Shown in pieces: positions 57,579-64,000 of a stretch of 64,000 bases of DNA. The notes beneath the pieces were generated by a model. The model saw only the letters and a list, made by a program, of their open reading frames with translations. It ran no database searches and was not told the origin of the DNA. The DNA lies in the NCBI GenBank assembly GCA_019694345.1, contig JAIBCA010000169.1:7736-71735 (forward strand), written 5' to 3'. The position numbers and the translations under genes were made by a program. Numbering within the stretch: position 1 is the first letter of the stretch; every line of letters starts with the position of its first letter. Source of the stretch: Pyrinomonadaceae bacterium (GTDB taxonomy: Bacteria > Acidobacteriota > Blastocatellia > Pyrinomonadales > Pyrinomonadaceae).

Positions 57579-59684
57579 ATGAAAGCATTTACAACTGATA
57601 ACATCAGGAATCTGGCTGTCATTGGACACGGCGACGCAGGTAAAACCCAGCTCGTCAGTTCGATGCTCCACGTCGCCGGTGCCGGCGGACGATGGGGTAA
57701 GGTCGACGAAGGCACCACCATTACCGACTATGACGAAGATTCCATAGAACGCAAAATATCTCTTAACAACAATTTCGCCCACGCTGAATACCAAGACACA
57801 AAAATAAATCTGATCGACACGCCGGGTTACGCCGCCTTTGTCTCGCACGCCCGTCCGGCGTTGCGCGTTGCCGACTGTGCACTGGTCGTCGTCGATGGCG
57901 TCCACGGCATTGAGGTACAGACCGAAAAGACGTGGAACTACGCCAACGAATTCATGCTTCCGCGCTTCATGGTGATCAACAAGATCGATAAAGAAAATGC
58001 CGATTTTGACCATGCGATCGAAACCGCGACGGACTCATTTGCACGTTCGATAGTGCCTTTCACTCTGCCCATCGGCAGCCAGGCTAATTTCAAAGGGGTC
58101 ATCGACGTCGTTCACCAAAAAGCATACGAGTTCGACGCCGACGGTAAGGCCAAGGGCATAGCGATCCCGGGTGAGATGACCGGAGTGCTCAATTCGACCC
58201 GCGAACGCCTGATCGAGATCGTCGCCGAATCGGACGACACATTGATGGAGAAGTATTTTGAAACGGGCACGCTGCCTGAGGAGGACATCGTCCCGAATCT
58301 TGCGAAGGCGATCGCCGCCAGCAAACTTTGTCCTGTTTACGCCGTTTCTTCGCTCAACCTGATCGGCATTCAGATCCTTTTGGACCATTTGGTCGAATTT
58401 GCTCCAAATCCAGCCACCCACGAAGCGGAATATGGCTTCAAGGATTACGACATGACCGGCGATCGTGTATCGCGAAAATACAGCAATGACGAGCCTTTTT
58501 CGGCTTATGTCTTCCGCACGATAGCTGATCCTTTTGCGGGACGGATAACGGTGATGAAGGTCGTCAGCGGCAAGATCGCGACCGACGCGGTCGTTTACAA
58601 TTCGACGCACGACGCGGTCGAGCGCCTCGGAGCTCTGCACGTCATCGCCGGCAAAAATCTCGAGAAGGTAAATGAGGCCGCCACGGGCGATATCATCGCG
58701 GTCGTCAAGTTGAAAGAGACCCAGACGGGCGACACCCTATGCGACAAGGCCCATCCGATCGTATATCCGCCGGTCGAATACCCCGAAGCCGCTATTGCGT
58801 TTGCTATCGAGCCGAAATCGCGTGCGGATGAAGATAAGATCTCGACCGCTCTTCACAAGATCCTTGAGGAGGATCCGAGCCTTCATTTTGACCGCGACCC
58901 GCAGACCAAGGAATTCATTCTATCCGGCTCAGGTCAGCTGCATATCGAGACCGTCGTCAAAAAGCTGGAACAGCGCTACCACGTCGAGGTGACATTACAT
59001 CCGCCCAAGGTTCCTTACAAGGAAACGATCACCCAATCGGTCGAGGTTCAGGGCCGCCACAAGAAGCAGTCGGGCGGACGCGGACAGTTCGGCGACTGCA
59101 AGTGCATCTTTGAACCGCTCGAACGCGGCGGAGGATTCGAGTGGGTCGATAAGATCTTTGGCGGAGCAGTTCCGCAAAATTTCCGCCCGGCAATTGAAAA
59201 GGGTATTATCGAGGCCGCTGCCTCCGGAGCGATCGCCGGTTATCCGCTGGTCGATTTCAAGGTGACGCTCATCGACGGCAGTTATCACGCGGTCGATTCC
59301 GACGAACACTCGTTCCGGGCCGCCGGCCGCAAGGCATTTCGAAATGCCATCGACCGGGCTAAACCGACATTGCTTGAGCCGATAATGGACGTCGAGGTCT
59401 TTACGCCCCAGGAGGTGTCAGGCGATATCATGGGTGACCTCAACAGCCGGCGTGGCCGTGTCGCCGGCATGGAGATGCGCGGTAAACAGCAGGTGATCAA
59501 GGCCAAAGTGCCGCTTTCGGAAATGCTCGATTACCAATCAAAGCTCAATTCCGTCACCCAGGCACGCGGATCCTATCATATGCAGTTCTCGCACTACGAC
59601 CCGCTGCCGGGCAACCTGGCTCAAAAGGTCATTGACGAGGCGGTCGCATCAGGCCGTGTTAGGCCGCATGACGACGACGAATAA
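57579..59684 (+). CDS. elongation factor G paralogue (divergent GTPase motifs)
   Basis: Five-domain EF-G layout (G domain, II, III, IV with SGGRGQFG, V). G1 is AVIGHGDAGKTQL, G3 is DTPGY (not DTPGH), G4 is NKID. AAGGAG upstream of the ATG at 57579; the ORF track starts at 57516. Not in a str operon context. Confidence 0.85.
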   Translation: MKAFTTDNIRNLAVIGHGDAGKTQLVSSMLHVAGAGGRWGKVDEGTTITDYDEDSIERKISLNNNFAHAEYQDTKINLIDTPGYAAFVSHARPALRVADCALVVVDGVHGIEVQTEKTWNYANEFMLPRFMVINKIDKENADFDHAIETATDSFARSIVPFTLPIGSQANFKGVIDVVHQKAYEFDADGKAKGIAIPGEMTGVLNSTRERLIEIVAESDDTLMEKYFETGTLPEEDIVPNLAKAIAASKLCPVYAVSSLNLIGIQILLDHLVEFAPNPATHEAEYGFKDYDMTGDRVSRKYSNDEPFSAYVFRTIADPFAGRITVMKVVSGKIATDAVVYNSTHDAVERLGALHVIAGKNLEKVNEAATGDIIAVVKLKETQTGDTLCDKAHPIVYPPVEYPEAAIAFAIEPKSRADEDKISTALHKILEEDPSLHFDRDPQTKEFILSGSGQLHIETVVKKLEQRYHVEVTLHPPKVPYKETITQSVEVQGRHKKQSGGRGQFGDCKCIFEPLERGGGFEWVDKIFGGAVPQNFRPAIEKGIIEAAASGAIAGYPLVDFKVTLIDGSYHAVDSDEHSFRAAGRKAFRNAIDRAKPTLLEPIMDVEVFTPQEVSGDIMGDLNSRRGRVAGMEMRGKQQVIKAKVPLSEMLDYQSKLNSVTQARGSYHMQFSHYDPLPGNLAQKVIDEAVASGRVRPHDDDE

Positions 59685-59701
59685 CAGCGTCGCAGTAACA
59701 T

Positions 59702-59740
59702 CGAGCCTCTATTCCGTTTATGCACCGGAATAGGGGCTCG
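59702..59740 (+). terminator. 15-bp hairpin after the EF-G paralogue
   Basis: CGAGCCTCTATTCCG (59702-59716) pairs with CGGAATAGGGGCTCG (59726-59740), including one G-U pair, around a 9-nt loop. The U-tract is weak. Confidence 0.5.
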
Positions 59741-59833
59741 GTCTTCGGCAACGCCCGCGGCCCGAAACCGGACAGCCATTTCACACGTATATAATCAATT
59801 CACAGCGTTAGAAATTCATCCCAAGGAGTAAAT

Positions 59834-60823
59834 ATGAAGCGATATCTTTTTTCGTTGATCTCGATCTGCACACTGGCACTTGCAGCGGCGGCGATCGCCG
59901 GTGCGCAGGTCCGTCCGCCGACACCTCGCGGGAGTCAAAAAGCGGCTGTAACCCAAACCCTCGGCACGACCGAGGTCTCGGTGACGTATAGCCGCCCGGC
60001 GATCTTTGGCCGAAAGGTTTTCGGCGATTGGCCAAAGCCCACCTCCGGCGAAGCCACGCTCGACAATGGCAACGATCGCCCAAAGGACGCCCCGCTCGTC
60101 CCTTGGGGGCATGTCTGGCGAACCGGGGCAAATGAGGCAACGCTCTTCTCCGTTAATGACGATGTACTCATCAACGGCCAACCGCTTGCGGCCGGTAAAT
60201 ACAGCCTCCATACCATCCCCGGCAAGGATGGCGAGTGGACAATTATCTTTAACAAGGACGACGGTCAGTGGGGAAGCTTTTCGTACGACTCGAAAAAGGA
60301 CGTTCTTCGCGTCAAGGCAAAGGCTGAATGGCTCGCTGCCGGCACGGAATTGTTAACGTTTGACATCGAGCCCGACGTTCCGGCCAAACTTGGTGATGTC
60401 GCCTCGAAGGGCACAGTTGTTTTGCGTTGGGAAAAGCTGCGTTTGCCCTTTACGGTCGAGGTTAAGGATATGGTCGGCTCGACCATGACTCGTCTTGCGG
60501 CTTACGTTGCCGCTGCCAAAGCCGATGACCCCGGCCCTCGCATCAGTGCCGGCAACTACGCTAAGGCGAACAAACGGACCGAACAGGCTAATGCGTGGTT
60601 TGAGGAGGCACTGAGGTTGAATGACGCGATGATCGCTACCAAGGAGACATTTCAGAACCTGCAGCGAAAAGCGACCATTCTGCTGAATCTCGGACGTAAT
60701 TCCGACGCTCTCGCAGCCGCGGAACGTGCGGTCGTTGTCGGCAAGGCTGACTCTAATATCAAACCGGCGGATATCGCCGCACTTGAAAAACGCATCGCCG
60801 ATATCAAAGCCGGTAAACAATGA
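59834..60823 (+). CDS. secreted DUF2911-like protein with helical C-terminal domain
   Basis: Signal peptide MKRYLFSLISICTLALAAAAIAGAQ. VSVTYSRPAI...WGHVWRTGANEATLFSV...INGQPLAAGKYSLHTIP...EWTIIFNKD matches my memory of the DUF2911 pattern. The C-terminal ~110 aa are TPR-like. Confidence 0.6.
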   Translation: MKRYLFSLISICTLALAAAAIAGAQVRPPTPRGSQKAAVTQTLGTTEVSVTYSRPAIFGRKVFGDWPKPTSGEATLDNGNDRPKDAPLVPWGHVWRTGANEATLFSVNDDVLINGQPLAAGKYSLHTIPGKDGEWTIIFNKDDGQWGSFSYDSKKDVLRVKAKAEWLAAGTELLTFDIEPDVPAKLGDVASKGTVVLRWEKLRLPFTVEVKDMVGSTMTRLAAYVAAAKADDPGPRISAGNYAKANKRTEQANAWFEEALRLNDAMIATKETFQNLQRKATILLNLGRNSDALAAAERAVVVGKADSNIKPADIAALEKRIADIKAGKQ

Positions 60824-60852
60824 TCTCCCGTTCAAGATCAGGCAGTTCAAAG

Positions 60853-60893
60853 AAAAGGCACCGCAGTCACGATCGTGAATGCGGTGCTTTTTT
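60853..60893. terminator. bidirectional terminator between DUF2911-like gene and cytochrome c gene
   Basis: AAAAGGCACCGCAGTCACGA / TCGTGAATGCGGTGCTTTTT. About 19 pairs form with one mismatch, and A/T runs sit on both sides. Lies between convergent stops at 60823 and 60911. Confidence 0.8.
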
Positions 60894-60910
60894 CTATCGC
60901 TTAGACCGGA

Positions 60911-61498
60911 TCAGGCTGCCTTTTTATGACACATTGTACACTGATTTGTCGTCGGGCCTTTTGTTGTGGGCACGGTCTTCTTGACCTCTGTATGGCACCC
61001 CGCGCAAGTGCGGTGAAATGCCTGCTGGTTGTTGAGCGTGATCACCGCAGCGCTGCCTTCGTGCTTGACCTCAGGGATCGCGTCGAGGAGTTTCGGCTTT
61101 TCACCGGTGCGAGCGTGGCAGTCACGGCATGCGTTGGCTCCGGCTCCGGCCGGATCCTTTGCATATAACTCGGCCGTGAGCGTAGTAGTACGGTCAGCCG
61201 GCCAGGCTGTCTTAAGCGGCGGAAATTTTGCGATATCGGCCGCCGGACGCGCCGTATGGTGACACGCGATACAGGCAATGGCTCCGCTCTGATCGATAGT
61301 GTAGGTGCCGCCATTGTGCTTTTTGTGGTCAAATGCTACTTGGCCTATCTTAGCGTCTTTGGCCAATGTGATTACGTCAGGTGTCGTTTGCGGGGCCTTT
61401 TGAGCACTGCTACGTGACCCGGCAAAGTCACTTGCAATAAACACAAAACCTACCGCCAAGACCGCTGCGATGATCATCAAGATCGAATTCTTCTTCAT
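60911..61498 (-). CDS. tetrahaem c-type cytochrome (c3-like), membrane-anchored or secreted
   Basis: Four CxxCH motifs (CIACH, CRDCH, CAGCH, CTMCH) in about 165 mature residues. N-terminal hydrophobic segment MKKNSILMIIAAVLAVGFVFIA. GGAGGA upstream of the ATG at 61498. Confidence 0.8.
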   Translation of the reverse strand: MKKNSILMIIAAVLAVGFVFIASDFAGSRSSAQKAPQTTPDVITLAKDAKIGQVAFDHKKHNGGTYTIDQSGAIACIACHHTARPAADIAKFPPLKTAWPADRTTTLTAELYAKDPAGAGANACRDCHARTGEKPKLLDAIPEVKHEGSAAVITLNNQQAFHRTCAGCHTEVKKTVPTTKGPTTNQCTMCHKKAA

Positions 61499-61692
61499 CA
61501 CCAATTCCTCCCGCATGATATTAAAATGAAATTACACTTGGATATTCGCGCCGCTTCACCTGTTATTGGATCTTCAATCCCATAATACACCCGTCTGGTT
61601 GGATGTCGAAATACACTGGCCTGTTCACCCGATTCTTTTATTCGGCGAGAATTCGTTGAAATTGTTGACAAGCTCTAAAGGCATGCCGACGG

Positions 61693-62679
61693 TCATTTGC
61701 TCCAGCGGTCCCAAACCGCCTTTGCGGTACGGGCAATGACGGCCTCACGCGTTTTTTCGTCGGCCCGGGAATCCGAAACAAAGACAGCGACGGCCGCGTG
61801 TTTGCCGTTCGGAAACGTTATGATGCCGATGTCGTTGGTCGCCGCAGTGACGCCGTTTTCGGTCTGCGACGTGCCGGTCTTGTGGGCAACATACGTCCCG
61901 GGCGGCAAGAGCCCTTTTAGACGCTTTGGCCCTGTTTCCGTTTCGGCAAGAAACTTTAGAAGCAATTCGCGATTATCCGGCGATATCCCGTTACCTTCAT
62001 GCAGGCTGCGCAGCAACTCAATTGCTGCGTTTGGCGTGGCAAAGTTGGCAAATTGGGCCTGACGATCGCTGCCAAGCTCCTTTTCGGTACTGACGACCGC
62101 CAGATCCCTGATCCCAATTGCAGACAAAAATATTTGAACTTCGGCCGGGCCGCCGATGATCCGAAGTAATACGTCGCTGGCTGTCCCGTCGCTTTCAGAC
62201 ACGGCGAAACGGATCAGCTCCGCGACGGTCATTGAACCGCCAGAGCGAAACCTGTCGCGCATCGGCGAACGCTGTGCAGGGCCCACCATATCCTCAACGG
62301 AAAATCCGATCTGTTCGTCGAGAGCGAATTTCTCGGCATCCACTGCAGTCAGAACGGTCAATGCGATCGGCAGCTTATACACGCTCTGCATCGGAAACCG
62401 CTGATCGGCGTTGATCGACGCACTTTCGCCCGTTTCGAGCCCCAATACGGCGACACCGACCTTACCCTTAGCGTCGGCCGCGATCGCTTCTAACTGCTTT
62501 TGCAAGTCCGCATCCGGCTTCAAGGGCAGATCGGACAATTTCTTGGTAGGTGTCGTCACCTCAGGCGGCGGTGTCGGAAACCCGGCGGCCAGTTTCTCGA
62601 CACGCTCACACGACGCGAACGATATGCAAAGTGCTGCAAACAGGACGATCAAACTCTTTTTCGTAAACGTACGCCGCAT
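61693..62679 (-). CDS. class A beta-lactamase-fold serine hydrolase
   Basis: Signal or lipoprotein-like N-terminus (LCISFASC). S-x-x-K (MQSVYK), an S-D-G variant of the SDN loop (SESDGTASD) and K-T-G (HKTGTS). Confidence 0.75.
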   Translation of the reverse strand: MRRTFTKKSLIVLFAALCISFASCERVEKLAAGFPTPPPEVTTPTKKLSDLPLKPDADLQKQLEAIAADAKGKVGVAVLGLETGESASINADQRFPMQSVYKLPIALTVLTAVDAEKFALDEQIGFSVEDMVGPAQRSPMRDRFRSGGSMTVAELIRFAVSESDGTASDVLLRIIGGPAEVQIFLSAIGIRDLAVVSTEKELGSDRQAQFANFATPNAAIELLRSLHEGNGISPDNRELLLKFLAETETGPKRLKGLLPPGTYVAHKTGTSQTENGVTAATNDIGIITFPNGKHAAVAVFVSDSRADEKTREAVIARTAKAVWDRWSK

Positions 62680-63701
62680 CAGAGGAGTATTCCTTTGACC
62701 CCGCAGGGGATCGAATAGACACTTTCATTGGTAGCGACGACCATTTCGCCCTTTCGGGTGAAACAAAGGCCGACCACATTGTTGCCGGCAACAAAATGTT
62801 CCGCGTCAGTGCCGCCCTGCGCAATTTTTGCGATCCCGTGGCGGCCGCGATAACAACCGGCGACATAGAGGTCACCGCCATTGTCGAAAGCCAGCCCCTG
62901 AGGACGCCCAAGCCCTCTGAAATACCACCGGACAGTGCCGTCGCGATCGACCACATGCACGGCGTCAAAGCTCGCGAGGCCCGGTGCCGTGACATACAGA
63001 CGCCCATCCGGGCCAAAGGCCAGATGGTAAGCCGCCACCGACGGGTCTAGCACGGCAAAGATCTCGGGTTCACCCAGATCACTGATTCGCCGGATATTAC
63101 CGGAACGGTCACCCACGTACATCCGATCGTCCTCGTCGAACGCGATCCCCGTGGCGACGCCCAATCCCGAAGCGAATACCTCGCTGCCGTCGCGATCGGC
63201 CAGGTAAACCTCGCCTTGGGCACGATTGGTTACGAACATTCGGCCTTTTTTGTCGAACGCGATCCCGGTCGGATTAAGAATAGGATCAGGCATATCTTCG
63301 AGAAACCCGTCCGGTTCGAGTCGAAAAAGTGTTTCACTAAGCTGCTGGCCGCGCGAACCCGAACGTGTGAGGATGACTGCCTCATCGAGCGGATCGATCG
63401 CCGGATTGGCGACAATGTGCATTCCGTCAGCCAACTTCTTTCCCACGATCAGCGGAAACGGCTCGCTTTGGCGCCCCTCGCTTTCAAGATGAATGTGGGT
63501 GTGCGGGGACTCGACACCCTCGGGGACGATCGCCAAAACCCTGGACGACGACGCAGCGGTGAGGCGGCATCTTTCGCCGCCGATATATACGCCGCCGCCG
63601 TTTCGAAGGTCCGCGTTGAAACCGTCGGTCTCGACTGCTATCTCGCCGCCCGGTATAGCGTACTTTGGCTCGACTGATCTGATCTTTCCGGCTTGTTCCA
63701 T
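62679..63701 (-). CDS. IPT/TIG domain plus NHL/SMP-30-like six-bladed propeller protein, no signal peptide
   Basis: N-terminal ~85 aa are Ig-like (IRSVEPKYAIPGGEIAVETDGF...RVLAIVPEG). Then repeats PTGIAFDKKGRMFVTN, ATGIAFDEDDRMYVGD, YHLAFGPDGRLYVT and PQGLAFDNGGDLYVA. Its TGA overlaps the ATG of the downstream beta-lactamase-fold gene (TGATG). Confidence 0.7.
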   Translation of the reverse strand: MEQAGKIRSVEPKYAIPGGEIAVETDGFNADLRNGGGVYIGGERCRLTAASSSRVLAIVPEGVESPHTHIHLESEGRQSEPFPLIVGKKLADGMHIVANPAIDPLDEAVILTRSGSRGQQLSETLFRLEPDGFLEDMPDPILNPTGIAFDKKGRMFVTNRAQGEVYLADRDGSEVFASGLGVATGIAFDEDDRMYVGDRSGNIRRISDLGEPEIFAVLDPSVAAYHLAFGPDGRLYVTAPGLASFDAVHVVDRDGTVRWYFRGLGRPQGLAFDNGGDLYVAGCYRGRHGIAKIAQGGTDAEHFVAGNNVVGLCFTRKGEMVVATNESVYSIPCGVKGILL

Positions 63702-63831
63702 GATTGTTCCCTGATTTTACGCTGACCGTCAACACGTGTCGAATTAGGGCCCGCTTCATCTGAAACAAAAAAGTACGGCAACCCCGAGAGGATCGCCGCA
63801 CTTCCAGCTAATGAAATTCGCAAAGAACTTA

Positions 63832-64000
63832 CTATCGCTCTTCGATCGGTACGTATTTAAGGTCTCTCGCTCCGATATACTCGGCTCTCGGACGGATCAG
63901 CTTGTTGTTTGCGTATTGCTCCAAAATATGGCCGGTCCAACCCGAAATGCGGCTCACGGCAAAGATAGGCGTGTACATATCGAGAGCGATCCCCATCAGG
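63832..64000 (-). CDS. gltA: citrate synthase, C-terminal 55 codons only (rest outside window)
   Basis: The minus-strand frame is open to the window edge. My translation is LMGIALDMYTPIFAVSRISGWTGHILEQYANNKLIRPRAEYIGARDLKYVPIEER*, which matches the conserved citrate synthase C-terminus (SR.SGW..HILEQ...N.LIRPRA.Y.G). Absent from the ORF track because it is too short. Confidence 0.8.
   Translation of the reverse strand, partial: LMGIALDMYTPIFAVSRISGWTGHILEQYANNKLIRPRAEYIGARDLKYVPIEER

Noticed and set aside
1-64000. I looked on both strands for CRISPR arrays, transposases or integrases, phage genes, restriction-modification, toxin-antitoxin or other defence modules, rRNA, tmRNA and RNase P.
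   Set aside because: No direct-repeat/spacer arrays, DDE or tyrosine-recombinase motifs, or characteristic RNA gene sequences were seen. The larger intergenic regions (57213-57578, 43658-43973, 36763-36943, 61517-61692) contain only short dyads and promoter-like elements. Riboswitch or sRNA content cannot be excluded without covariance-model searches.

Overview
This 64-kb chromosomal window is mostly housekeeping genes from a moderately GC-rich, diderm-type bacterium. The many TPR, FG-GAP/delta-60 and lipoprotein genes, plus acidic tails on ribosomal proteins, remind me of Acidobacteriota. That is an impression, not a result.

I support 55 protein-coding regions, two tRNA-Gln genes, about a dozen hairpin terminators and a few candidate promoter/operator sites. 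Two of the coding regions are cut by the window edges. Three are missing from the supplied ORF track because they are under 60 codons.

Left to right:
- carotenoid genes (UbiA-type prenyltransferase, crtI, crtB)
- family-4 UDG, coaBC, NUDIX
- a 678-aa FG-GAP protein
- rplM-rpsI and rpsB-tsf-pyrH-frr
- an 883-aa orphan secreted protein and a small lipoprotein
- UvrD/PcrA helicase, isochorismatase, YbgC-type thioesterase, tRNA-Gln(CUG), smpB, pepA
- a terminator-bounded three-gene lipoprotein unit: an HExxH DUF4344-like peptidase plus two paralogous lipoproteins
- sucC without sucD
- a DUF4139-like protein, an HGSNAT-like acyltransferase, DinB/YfiT
- the minus-strand block ispE, tRNA-Gln(UUG), prs, rplY, pth, rpsF, rpsR, rplI, dnaB
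- a CAP-domain protein and copA
- a cyanophycin module (iaaA, a beta/gamma-crystallin, cphA, cphB) abutting carB
- two colinear 611-aa TPR paralogues bracketing murB
- a methyltransferase and a 1014-aa delta-60/FG-GAP protein
- a divergent EF-G paralogue and a DUF2911-like protein
- a tetrahaem cytochrome c
- a class-A beta-lactamase-fold protein translationally coupled to an IPT/NHL propeller
- the 3' end of citrate synthase

I saw no CRISPR array, transposase or integrase, prophage, rRNA, or recognisable defence or toxin-antitoxin genes.

I did not find a convincing self-contained novel system. The best leads for follow-up are:
- the lipoprotein triad
- the EF-G paralogue lacking the catalytic His
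- the orphan 883-aa protein
- the cyanophycin island, with its embedded crystallin and long structured cphB-cphA spacer
- the TPR pair around murB
- the repeat module shared by two giant secreted proteins

All family names come from motif recognition by eye and need HMM or BLAST confirmation.
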